A stretch of 63,085 bases of DNA, the filler included, from Trichosphaerium sp. ATCC 40318 (lineage: Eukaryota > Protista > Tubulinea): the NCBI GenBank assembly GCA_038496445.1. It is 3 parts of 3 records of this genome, joined end to end, with 100 filler letters (N's around TTAATTAATTAA, not from the genome) between each part and the next. Parts side by side here need not be neighbours in the genome. Positions count along the whole stretch, not along the records: positions 1 to 30,303 come from JALMLS010000609.1; positions 30,404 to 51,481 come from JALMLS010000295.1; 1 more part is not named here. The stretch is one strand, 5' to 3'. The position numbers and the translations under genes were made by a program. Under the pieces are notes generated by a model that did no database searches, had not been told where the DNA came from, and saw only the letters and a program-made list of their open reading frames with translations. Positions 29,801 through 38,527 of the stretch are shown piece after piece. Position 1 is the stretch's first letter; each line of letters opens with the position of its first letter.

Positions 29801-29990
29801 TGCATACGTATAGCATACTAGACATAAAAGGAGTAATTGTACCACCTTCATGTTCCGCACGGAGAAATGTGTCAACGACTTTTATGTTGAAATCTCTGTT
29901 CCCTTTTTACTAATTTGTTTTAAAACTCAATAGGCTGGTACTACAGCACTTTCGATGCAATGATGGCAATAGGACTCTACTGCGTACTGT
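26828..29990 (-). CDS. Multi-exon uncharacterised protein with a PPDADDT motif; 5' end approximate
   Basis: Spliced segments GIYPSYIHVNFHG, FDNNMFVTNW, PIYCFWQQ, FAIPPDADDTSVNLMLG, NLIDPRTYYWI, DRLFSTSVAVNALIDIW, NAFFSGSMKG, LPFRYPGN and FPYWSSPAFTDAMALLAL-stop. Confidence 0.65.
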
Positions 29991-30303
29991 CATAGGTAAT
30001 TTGAACTAGTTCAACGGTGAACCGCTACACAGTATGTTGACGCGTGGGTGGGTATGGAACAATCACTTGTAGGTGATTTAAGATATTCTAGCCGTCTATA
30101 GCATGAAAACTGGTATTTTGTCAATTAAAACGCTATCGTAGTTATTACTAACACTAATACGACATTATTTTCGTACTACGCTATTGGCTTACATTTTAAG
30201 TGGCTAGACGCCCAAAACGATAAAAGACATTAACAGTAGTTGTTTTCGTGACTATCAGATCGTGTGCAGTATTTTAAGTGTAACAGATAATCAAGCTTTG
30301 TAA

Positions 30304-30403
30304 NNNNNNNNNNNNNNNNNNNNNNNNNNNNNNNNNNNNNNNNNNNNTTAATTAATTAANNNNNNNNNNNNNNNNNNNNNNNNNNNNNNNNNNNNNNNNN
30401 NNN
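30304..30403. other. Artificial contig-join spacer (44 N + TTAATTAATTAA + 44 N)
   Basis: N runs around a 12-mer with stops in all six frames; sequence character switches from eukaryotic to bacterial across it. Confidence 0.98.
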
Positions 30404-31337
30404 CAATTTATCAACGTGGTCTTTCTGACTTTTATGAAGAAGAAAACGGACAGGGTGAAATAACACCCAAACGGCAAAGCGCGCTTGATTATCTAGGAAA
30501 TCCCCGAAAACGGAAGGCGGGCTGGCTGTAGATGCGTTGACACTTGAAGATGCTGGCGAAGATGAAAGTGGCTCATTCTCCACAACGCTTGCTCGACAAC
30601 TACAATGGCTTTCTGACCCACGTATGCAGCGCCATTTACAAAATGACGGTTTTTCTCTCGCCAAAGCCGTTCGGGAAAACTGGTCAATTTATGTTTGTAT
30701 TCCGCCCTCGCAAATTGCCCGCATGAAACGATGGATGCGCTGTCTTATACGCACGGGATTAGATGCAAAGATGCTTTCAAAAAAACAACATAAGGGGCAA
30801 CAAACGCTGTTCTTGCTTGATGAGTTTTTTGCGCTTGGAAAAATGAGTGAGATAGAAAACTCTGCCGCTTATATGGCTGGCTATGGTATCAAACTTGTAC
30901 CGGTTATTCAAAACATCGGGCAAATAAAAGAACTTTATAAAAAGAATTGGGAAACCTTCCTCGGCAATGCAGGCGCAATTATCGCTTGGGGTTTGAATGA
31001 CTTGGACACAGAAAACTATATTGCAGACCGTATCGGCAAAGCACTGACTTGGGAATTGTCGCAATCGGCTGGTTCAACCCGTACAGCAGGGCATTGGTTC
31101 AACGCATCCAGCAATAAATCGACCAGCACGTCATTGCAGGAAAGGCAAATACGTCGTTCAAATGAAATTCATATGGATGGGGCGCGAGAAACAGGGCGGG
31201 CATATATCATTCCTGCGGCATCCGCGCCATTTATGGTTATGCGACAAGAATATTTCGAGCGCTATCAAAGCGATAATATTTATGAGCCGATAGAGTTCAT
31301 TGAGCATTGGGAAGAACAATATGGCTCGCGCACCTAA
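30404..31337 (+). CDS. virD4: VirD4/TraG-like coupling protein, partial copy at contig start
   Basis: Same sequence as 43396-44333 apart from small contig-end deletions. Confidence 0.85.
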
Positions 31338-31812
31338 GCCTCCCAAAATTGATGATGATAAACCATTCCTACAATACGCCATCAAAACGGTCTTAAAATT
31401 TATCTTCATCCTATGGCTTTTTAGCCAAGCCATGGGTTTCATATTTTACGCGCTCTATCACTATACACCGATACATTTTCGGGAATTCATGTTTCGTGAT
31501 TATCTCGATTTCTGGGATAGATGGGGCGATGATGTTATGCCCGACTGGACGATGTATATTCCCACATGGAAAAGCCCATACCTTTGGGCTATAATCATTT
31601 TTTTAATTTCGATGCGTTTCTTGGCAAAACAGAAAAAGGCCACTCAACGCAATAGCTCGAGACAAAAATCATCTAGGCAAAATAAAAAATCAAGTCGGAC
31701 AAAAAGTCAAAGAAAAGCACCGCCAGATGATGACGATTTTGACTTCGATGAATCTAAATTCAAAAGCAAAAAAAGTGCGTTTCACGCATTGAGAATTTGG
31801 CGCGATGAGTGA
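31321..31812 (+). CDS. Hypothetical membrane protein (2 TM, basic/acidic tail)
   Basis: ATG at 31321 overlaps the virD4 end; two hydrophobic segments. Confidence 0.7.
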   Translation: MARAPKPPKIDDDKPFLQYAIKTVLKFIFILWLFSQAMGFIFYALYHYTPIHFREFMFRDYLDFWDRWGDDVMPDWTMYIPTWKSPYLWAIIIFLISMRFLAKQKKATQRNSSRQKSSRQNKKSSRTKSQRKAPPDDDDFDFDESKFKSKKSAFHALRIWRDE

Positions 31813-32463
31813 CAGAGGCCAAATACTTTTATCAACATTATTGGCTGGATTGCCTTCTCAATCGTAGGCATATGGTGGTCGAATATTGTACTGCGTTGGC
31901 TGTTTGCGAATGTGCTTCCCACTGCGCCAAAACAACAATGGTCTTGGTCTATCCTATCAGGTGATTTTTCCATTTTTGGCCTGTTGGGACTAACACTTTT
32001 TACATTTGCTATTTGCGCCGCAACGCTTGCGGCACTCCTGTTTATTGCCCGCGTTATTTGGGACATAGTTCTAGGCACGGTTTCAATTATCCTTGTAATT
32101 TGGGGCTTCTTTCGCAAATTGTTTGAAATACCGACCGATATATTTTTAGGACTAAGAGGCAATTCAAATGTGATGCGTTCCTACTTCTCACTAAAGCGGT
32201 TCATTCTGCGCAATGACGGCAGGGGATATCAAAAAAAGACTGAATATAAATCATCCGAAAAAGAGCAAAGGAAGGAAGAAAGACAAGAAAAAAGCTCTAA
32301 CAACAATCACCAAAGCTCGAGCGATTCATCACATTACGGTTCAGATAAACGGCACAGAGATGATGCAAAATTTTGGGCTTTTGTAGACGACCCGAACGCC
32401 TCAAATTCTGAACGTGAAACGGCATTCCGCAAAATAATGGAGCGCGAGAAAAAACGAAAGTAA
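31805..32463 (+). CDS. Same multi-TM protein with a 1-bp deletion near 31828 (probable consensus error)
   Basis: aatacttttatc here vs aatacttcttatc in the second copy. Confidence 0.65.
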
Positions 32464-32578
32464 AAGCGCTCATAGACTTAATTTCTTAAATATCGCCAAC
32501 GAAAGACGTTGCAAAATCTATCCATAACGCCCGCATACGCGACCTTAGCTGGTTAAGCCAGGTCGCGCTGCAACAGGC

Positions 32579-32905
32579 TCAATATTCCTGTGCCAGCATG
32601 ATTGTGAGAACACGGCACGTCTGTTTCGGGTCGGCAGGGTCTTCACTGCCGCGCTCCATATCTGGGGCGTAATAGTCAATCTTCCAGAAGATTTTCCCCG
32701 CGCCTGATTGCTCAAACGCTCCAAAATCATGCTCGCCATAGGGGTCGTTATCCTCGCTGAAATCATCGAAGGTTCTGACCTTGGTGATGATACTTTCCTG
32801 CACCTCGGCAGGTAGCTGGTTGATACCAACTGTCGTGAGAACTTTGCCGCCTAGGTAGGTGTTTCGCAGAAGGTCATTGAGTTGTGAAATTGTGTTTTGT
32901 GTCAT
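32579..32905 (-). CDS. DUF3768 domain protein
   Basis: LNDLLR, VRTFDDFSEDNDPYGEHDFG, IFWKIDYY and GSEDPADPKQTCRVLTIMLAQEY are the family pattern; likely ATG at 32905. Confidence 0.9.
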   Translation of the reverse strand: MTQNTISQLNDLLRNTYLGGKVLTTVGINQLPAEVQESIITKVRTFDDFSEDNDPYGEHDFGAFEQSGAGKIFWKIDYYAPDMERGSEDPADPKQTCRVLTIMLAQEY

Positions 32906-32946
32906 CGTTTTTCTTTCTGTTGCTTGGTCGGTTAATTCCAACCGTT

Positions 32947-33063
32947 GCGCCAAAAAGGGCAGTCGATGGCAGGCTCGTCATGCTCAACACGGGAGCGAAG
33001 CGAATGGAGCGGGCAGGGCATTGACGACAGCGAAGAGGCCTCGCCACGTCTGCCAAAATGCGC
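32947..33063 (+). promoter_or_regulatory. Long imperfect stem-loop, candidate Frpo-like ssDNA promoter for DUF3768 (copy at 45944-46060)
   Basis: Nested pairings gcgc/gcgc, ggcag/ctgcc, tggc/gcca, aggc/gcct, tcgtca/tgacga and tgctc/gggca; TTGACG and CAAAAT on the 3' arm. Confidence 0.65.
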
Positions 33064-33202
33064 TCAAATATGGTTGTGATTGATTGACCGAGTGAGGGTC
33101 GAAACGGTGTCAGGAAACCCAGAAGGTTCCATATATTCATTTTATGCGACAAATGAATAGCCAGTTAGAACCTGAATTGAAAACGTCCGTGAATGGCAGA
33201 GA

Positions 33203-33218
33203 TTAACCTTAAGTTAAC
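33203..33218. promoter_or_regulatory. CtrA-box-like site TTAA-N7-TTAAC (copy at 46200-46215)
   Basis: TTAACCTTAAGTTAAC about 130 bp upstream of ORF 33350. Confidence 0.5.
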
Positions 33219-33349
33219 ATTGAAAATTTAGTTTGATAGCGCCAACAGCAGGCTCAATGAAGCGACATGTCATTCGTCGCTGATACTTTTCGGTGCTGAC
33301 AAGCTTTATGACGAAGCTAAAGCAACTTTAATCTGAGGGTTTCAACGGT

Positions 33350-34048
33350 ATGACCATTATTTCGCTTATGACGCATCATGGCTCGGCACCAACTTATTCG
33401 GTTGGATACCAGCTGCCGTCGACAAACTTGAAGATGGCAAACCTTCAAAATCCGGTTGGTGGCTCCAAGGGTCTCTCGTTCAACCCAGCTGAAAATCACT
33501 CATCAAGCGCCATGGCAAAGATATTTGATATCATCGCAAACATGGACGGCGATAAAGCTGGAGGTGGCAGGTTTGGCGGACAGCTAAGCAAGAATGAAGC
33601 TGCTGCCATGAAGCAGTACAAGAATGTTGTTGAGACTGTGAACCTCACTAAAGACGATCTGGTTGAGATGATTAAAACTGGTGAATGGGCTGAAAAATAT
33701 ACAGGTGGCAATCATACAGTAGAAGAACAGGCACGTCTGGATTTAGTGCGCGATGTAGTGGCAAGTGGTGTTGCTACGGTCATTGATCTCGAAGACTGGG
33801 GATACAAGACTGAAATTTCTGGCAATATTCATTTTGATGGAGACGGCAGTTTCAGCGGTGGATCATTCTCACATATCAGAGAATACGCCCCGGGCCTGAA
33901 AAATCCGGTGACTGACAATATGGTCATGGACGGTGACAAAATCGTACGGGATGAAAACGGTTGGCCGACGGATAAAAAGACCGGTCATTATGCAACAATG
34001 ATGGCAGTTGGTGCTATTGAACTGTATATAACGTGGCCGAAAGATTGA
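33350..34048 (+). CDS. Hypothetical protein (232 aa)
   Basis: Long ORF with protein-like composition; no family recognised. Confidence 0.75.
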   Translation: MTIISLMTHHGSAPTYSVGYQLPSTNLKMANLQNPVGGSKGLSFNPAENHSSSAMAKIFDIIANMDGDKAGGGRFGGQLSKNEAAAMKQYKNVVETVNLTKDDLVEMIKTGEWAEKYTGGNHTVEEQARLDLVRDVVASGVATVIDLEDWGYKTEISGNIHFDGDGSFSGGSFSHIREYAPGLKNPVTDNMVMDGDKIVRDENGWPTDKKTGHYATMMAVGAIELYITWPKD

Positions 34049-34077
34049 GCCGGTATCCAGATTGTCCACCCTCTTAA

Positions 34078-34166
34078 AACTGTTGCAAAAACTATCCTTT
34101 TTGCAACGGTTTTTTGTGGATAACAAAATCAATCACTTGGCTGTCGCAAAATCTTGTCGCAAAATC
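34078..34166. promoter_or_regulatory. Putative res site of the serine resolvase (copy at 47075-47163)
   Basis: Inverted repeat AACTGTTGCAAAAA-N6-TTTTTGCAACGGTT and direct repeat TGTCGCAAAATC x2 just upstream of the resolvase. Confidence 0.7.
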
Positions 34167-34171
34167 ATTGC

Positions 34172-34738
34172 ATGAAAATTGGATATGCCCGCGTCTCAAC
34201 CGTTGACCAAAACCCGAACGCGCAACGTGACGCGCTGAAGCTGGCAGGGTGTGAAAAAATAGTCACCGAAAAAGTGTCGGGCGCATCCCTAAAGCGCCCA
34301 AAATTGGAAAAGCTGTTGCGCTCACTCAATTCTGGTGATGTTCTAACGGTATGGCGATTAGATAGGGTCGGTCGCTCATTGCCACATCTTCTCAATGTCG
34401 TTGCAGACCTGAAGGCGCGAGAAGTTGGTTTTCAATCGCTCAATGAAACAATCGACACAACCACGGCCAATGGTGAGCTAATCTTCCACATATTTGCATC
34501 AGTAGCGCAATTTGAACGCTCTCTGTTAGTCGAACGCACTCAGGCGGGGCTTGTGTCAGCAAAAAAGCGTGGAGTGCGTCTAGGACGGCCTCCTGCGCTT
34601 AAAACAGCGCAAATAAAACACGCCAAGAAGCTGATTGAATCGGGTGAACGGCCATCTGCTGTTGCAGCTTCTCTAGGTGTAAATCGCGCAACCCTTTACC
34701 GTGCAGTCAAAAATACTAGAAAAATGGAAACTGCTTAG
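34172..34738 (+). CDS. Serine recombinase (resolvase/invertase family)
   Basis: MKIGYARVSTVDQ, VWRLDRVGRS, LGRPP and a C-terminal HTH. Confidence 0.95.
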   Translation: MKIGYARVSTVDQNPNAQRDALKLAGCEKIVTEKVSGASLKRPKLEKLLRSLNSGDVLTVWRLDRVGRSLPHLLNVVADLKAREVGFQSLNETIDTTTANGELIFHIFASVAQFERSLLVERTQAGLVSAKKRGVRLGRPPALKTAQIKHAKKLIESGERPSAVAASLGVNRATLYRAVKNTRKMETA

Positions 34739-34999
34739 ATGAATGATGATAAATACAACCGTTCTATCAACCTGCTATGCCCCACATGCGGCGGAGACCA
34801 ATTTGAATTTGATGGAGAAGAAGCCACAGAATACAAATGCGGCTCATGCGGTTTGGAAATACAAAAAAACGCGCTTATGGAAGCCAACAGCGAGAACATA
34901 GAAGAGCATACAAAAGAGATAGGTCGGGAAATCACGAATGACCTCATGAAAAACTTTAAAAAAACGCTTGGCGGCAACAAAGGCTTTAAGTTCAAATGA
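34739..34999 (+). CDS. Small zinc-ribbon protein (resembles the ECs_2282-like putative Zn-binding family)
   Basis: CPTCG...CGSCG; ATG immediately follows the resolvase stop. Confidence 0.8.
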   Translation: MNDDKYNRSINLLCPTCGGDQFEFDGEEATEYKCGSCGLEIQKNALMEANSENIEEHTKEIGREITNDLMKNFKKTLGGNKGFKFK

Positions 35000-35487
35000 C
35001 ACCAGAACCCACGTCTTTCTTAACTATTACCGCCTCTGATATAGTCGCGCTTCTAGCCTTTTTACTTTCGGCATTCGCTGTTTGGAAGACGGCTAAATTC
35101 AATAAACGACAGGAAGCAATGATTGATAGTCAGACGGAACTAAATCAACGTCTTCTCGAGCGAGAAAAAAACGAAGATACCTCATCAAAAATGTCTGATT
35201 TGGGCGCAAATCTTATTAAGCTAGGAAGCAGTAAATATCGAGTGAAAGTGTTCAATAAGGGAAAAGCAACAGCCACAAATGTCCGCCTCATTATCATGAG
35301 CGACGATAGCCCGCTTATTCAAAGTGACATAGACGCAAAATTCCCATTTGCCACACTCGAAACGCATCAGTCAGTCGAACTGCTGGCATCTGTCCATATG
35401 AGTTCGCCAGCTAAATCAGAAATCAAGATAATATGGGATGACGATTATCAATCTAATCGAGAAAAACTGGTCTTCCTGACCCTATAG
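34996..35487 (+). CDS. Hypothetical protein: N-terminal TM, coiled coil, beta-sandwich-like C-terminus
   Basis: ATGA overlap with the Zn-finger gene; IVALLAFLLSAFAVW; VKVFNKGKATATNVRL...IKIIWDD pattern. Confidence 0.8.
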   Translation: MTPEPTSFLTITASDIVALLAFLLSAFAVWKTAKFNKRQEAMIDSQTELNQRLLEREKNEDTSSKMSDLGANLIKLGSSKYRVKVFNKGKATATNVRLIIMSDDSPLIQSDIDAKFPFATLETHQSVELLASVHMSSPAKSEIKIIWDDDYQSNREKLVFLTL

Positions 35488-35557
35488 CAAAAGTTCCGTT
35501 TCAACCTCTATCCCGCATAGCCAGCTGTAACGGCAAAATAATTATCGGATTATTACA

Positions 35558-36112
35558 ATGTCGAAGGACGAAAAAATTGAAATAATACAATTGCTCAATG
35601 AGATTTTCTCAAACGTGAATGGATGGCTCCATTTTGCGGAGGCGAAAAATGGGCTCTTAACAACCATAAATATTGCTATCGTTACAGCATGCTTTAGTTT
35701 TCTTTCGAGTGAAAACTACACAAATTTGTACTTTGTTTTCTATGTATTTGTTCTTGGTTGTTTTTCTGCTTTTTCAGCAGTAGTTGGCATATTTTCATTT
35801 TTTCCTAGAGTTAAATTATTCAGGAACTCTGGAAATAACAGCAGCTCGCCCGTCGGAAACATCTATTTTTTTGGTGACATCGAAAAACTTGGTGTAGATA
35901 ATTTTATTAAATCTGTTTTCGACAAGACTAATACCTCACGACCGCCACATGCATATGAGGAAGACCTTGCACAACAAATTGTTGTAAATTCTAAAATTGC
36001 TTCAAAAAAATATGAGCTTTTCACTCTTTCGCTATGGCTCACACTTTCCGCTTTTATTACACCTGTATTAGCATTCCTCTGTTATCGGATATTTATTGAT
36101 GAAGCTCTCTGA
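35558..36112 (+). CDS. pycTM: Pycsar transmembrane effector (PycTM/DUF5706-like)
   Basis: WLHFAEAKNGLL, two TMs ending in FFPR, NIYFFGDI, QQIVVNSKIASKKY and a third TM; overlaps the cyclase gene. Confidence 0.88.
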   Translation: MSKDEKIEIIQLLNEIFSNVNGWLHFAEAKNGLLTTINIAIVTACFSFLSSENYTNLYFVFYVFVLGCFSAFSAVVGIFSFFPRVKLFRNSGNNSSSPVGNIYFFGDIEKLGVDNFIKSVFDKTNTSRPPHAYEEDLAQQIVVNSKIASKKYELFTLSLWLTLSAFITPVLAFLCYRIFIDEAL

Positions 36113-36962
36113 AATTTTAGCCGATAGGCAAAATACTGGTCTACTAGAAATGGCTGCTCGCGCAGTCGAAGGGCTTAGGTCAGATTCAGTTCAGAAAATT
36201 ATTGATGAAGAGGTCAGCTTTTTCAATCAAGGCGCTAAAATAACCACACAAAATAAGATACCGAGCACTACACAAATTCCAATTGAAAACCCAAACAATT
36301 GGATAAAAATTCCAGATGTCATTGCATGTTATGTCGACATGGAAGGGTCAACTCGGTTGAGTGCCACAACACATGAGAACAGTACTGCAAAGACGTACCG
36401 ACTATTTACAGCAACAGCAATTAAGATGTTTCATCACTTTGAAGCAGCTTATATCGACGTTAAAGGTGACGGGGTATTTGCTCTATTTGACGCAGATAAG
36501 ACCTACACAGCTTTAGCTGCAACCGTTTCGTTTAAGACATTTGTACATAATGAATTCACTCCAAAAGTTAAGAGTAAAATCGATATGTCTATTGGCGGTC
36601 ACTTCGGGATTGATAGACGCGCAGTTTTAGTTCGTAAACTTGGTTTAAAGTTTCATGGTGGACGCACAGATAGGCAAAATGAAGTTTGGGCAGGAAAACC
36701 TGTTAACATGGCGGCTAAACTGGCAAGTCAATCTACCGACGATACACTGCTAATATCTGACCGTTATTATAAAACTATAAACAACGAAAAGGCGCGCATG
36801 AGCTGCGGATGTCCTGATGGCGAACCCTCTGACCTCTGGTCTAAATTAGACGTGTCAAAGGATGATAAGTTTGATTTTGACACAGCCTATTCTTTAGGCA
36901 GCAATTGGTGCGCAACGCATGGTAAAAAGTTCTGTAGCGACCTCGTGAAACTAGATGAATAA
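36099..36962 (+). CDS. pycC: Class III nucleotide cyclase, Pycsar PycC-like
   Basis: Metal-binding YVDMEGST and KGDGVFALF; VWAGKPVNMAAKLAS (N-x3-K); paired with the TM effector. Confidence 0.85.
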   Translation: MKLSEILADRQNTGLLEMAARAVEGLRSDSVQKIIDEEVSFFNQGAKITTQNKIPSTTQIPIENPNNWIKIPDVIACYVDMEGSTRLSATTHENSTAKTYRLFTATAIKMFHHFEAAYIDVKGDGVFALFDADKTYTALAATVSFKTFVHNEFTPKVKSKIDMSIGGHFGIDRRAVLVRKLGLKFHGGRTDRQNEVWAGKPVNMAAKLASQSTDDTLLISDRYYKTINNEKARMSCGCPDGEPSDLWSKLDVSKDDKFDFDTAYSLGSNWCATHGKKFCSDLVKLDE

Positions 36963-36994
36963 GTTTTATTACACTACCAGCAATGCGCCAGAAT

Positions 36995-37327
36995 CTAAAC
37001 CAATCTTGGCTGCGGTTCAATTTTCGCCACGGCTTCATAGCGTGAAACTTTGATGTCCCCTGCCCGCTTGCGTGCTTGCGCAATGTCGTAGCTGTTCTGC
37101 ATACGCATTAGTGTGTCCATGGGAACACCAAACGCCTTTTCGAGCCGTACAGCCATTTCTGGCGACAATGCAGCCTTCTCATTGAGCAAAGCCGATAACG
37201 CTGCTCTGGTCACGCCAAGCGCAGCCGCTCCTGCCGTCACAGAAAGGTCGGCGGGTTCAATAATTTCGGTTTTTACAAATCCACCAACATGCGGCGGATT
37301 TTGTAATCTGTAGTTTCCATCGGTCAT
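36995..37327 (-). CDS. higA: HigA-family antitoxin (HTH)
   Basis: PPHVGGFVKTEII, LGVTRAALSALLNEKAALSPEMAVRLEKAFG and MQNSYD; SD AGGAGG before ATG 37327. Confidence 0.93.
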   Translation of the reverse strand: MTDGNYRLQNPPHVGGFVKTEIIEPADLSVTAGAAALGVTRAALSALLNEKAALSPEMAVRLEKAFGVPMDTLMRMQNSYDIAQARKRAGDIKVSRYEAVAKIEPQPRLV

Positions 37328-37338
37328 AATATCCTCCT

Positions 37339-37629
37339 TCAATGGTAATCTTCATAGTCGAGGTCGATAATCTCAATCTCGGTTTCATGGATGAAAAACG
37401 TAATGCGCCAATTGCGCGACACAAACAGGCTCCAAGTACCCTTACGAGCGCCCTTTAACTGGTGAGCCTTCCAGCTCGAAAACACCCGTAGTTCTTCAGG
37501 GCTTTGCATGTCTTGCAAAAACGCCAGTATTTTGCGGATTTTGTCGATATATTCTGGCGGCAAGCCCGACACATCATCGGCCTCTAGTAAACGCCGTAAC
37601 CCTTTGTGTTTTACATTCGCTATTTTCAT
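37339..37629 (-). CDS. higB: HigB (RelE/ParE superfamily) toxin
   Basis: KHKGLRRL, HQLKGARKGTWSLFVSRNWRITF and DYEDYH; toxin-first gene order. Confidence 0.93.
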   Translation of the reverse strand: MKIANVKHKGLRRLLEADDVSGLPPEYIDKIRKILAFLQDMQSPEELRVFSSWKAHQLKGARKGTWSLFVSRNWRITFFIHETEIEIIDLDYEDYH

Positions 37630-37636
37630 TAGGTTT

Positions 37637-37680
37637 ATAATATCAGCTTATGAAGAGGTGCGTCAAGTGTAACGTTACAC
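37637..37680 (-). promoter_or_regulatory. higBA promoter (TTGACG-18-TATTAT) with adjacent perfect palindrome GTGTAACGTTACAC
   Basis: -35 at 37666-37661, -10 at 37642-37637, palindrome at 37667-37680. Confidence 0.6.
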
Positions 37681-38194
37681 TGTACACTTATTATTTACCC
37701 CCGTATCTGCCTTACACCCCTTCCCTGCCAAGTAATTTGTTGGGTGGGGTCGAAGGGAATTTTCCATCGCTTGGTAAGAACTAACCGATAGACCCTGAAT
37801 TCCTTTTTTTGAAAGCTGGTAGCTTAAATTTCTCTGCTTTTCGGAGCCGCTTTCGCTTGAGTGTTCTTCTGGTGCACAGGGGGAAATGTCAAAAGCAGTA
37901 GCGTAGCGACTTTTGATATTTTCACATAGGTGACAGATGATAAACGTCGAAAGAGGCGTGAGGCATAGAAATTTTCTATCTGCTTTTTGGTGAGCGAGAG
38001 CGAGACAACTACTATAACTGATTTGCCTGCGCTGCGTTAGCAGCGCCGAATAGGCAAATTCCACTTATGTCAGGCGAAGCCTGTCCTTTTAAGGCTTTTC
38101 GCTACGCTAGAAGCCCTTTCTTTTCTACTTATTACTTTTACTTCTTCTTAGTAGGGGGAATTTCTAAATTATTTCAATATGTTGCGCGTTTAGA

Positions 38195-38520
38195 TATAAC
38201 ATATTGGTGCTTAACCGCTTACATATTGGGTGGTTCACGATAACGATTCGGGTGATTCGGCACTACATATTGGGTGGTTCACGATAACATATTGGGGAGG
38301 TCAATTATAACATATTGGGTGAGATATAACATATTGGGTGATAGTTTTGGCATAGGTATAACAAATTGGGTGACTTGTTATGGCAAGACATAACATATTG
38401 GGTGGTTTGTTATGTCCCTGTGAGTGAATAGGTCGAATTTTCTTGTTCATCCTATAACTATAACATAAATTGTGATTCATGTTATGGGTTGATAATCAAC
38501 CTATCACCCAATTTGTTATG
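38195..38520. repeat. Iteron array / replication origin (consensus ATAACATATTGGGTG, ~9 direct copies plus one inverted copy just before rep); partial copy ~51188-51481
   Basis: Repeats visible directly upstream of the Rep_3 gene, with an AT-rich flank at ~38120-38190. Confidence 0.88.
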
Positions 38521-38527
38521 GCTAAAT

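Noticed and set aside
30304-30403. Apparent bacterium-to-eukaryote HGT junction
   Set aside because: The junction is an artificial N/TTAATTAATTAA spacer; adjacency has no biological meaning (same at 51482-51581)
37675-38064. 129-aa minus-strand ORF
   Set aside because: No recognisable motif; overlaps hairpin/origin DNA; its disruption in the second copy is uninformative because of contig-end errors
38195-38410. Repeat array as a CRISPR
   Set aside because: Repeats are ~15 bp with short, irregular and partly repeated spacers, there are no cas genes, and the array sits directly before rep: iterons
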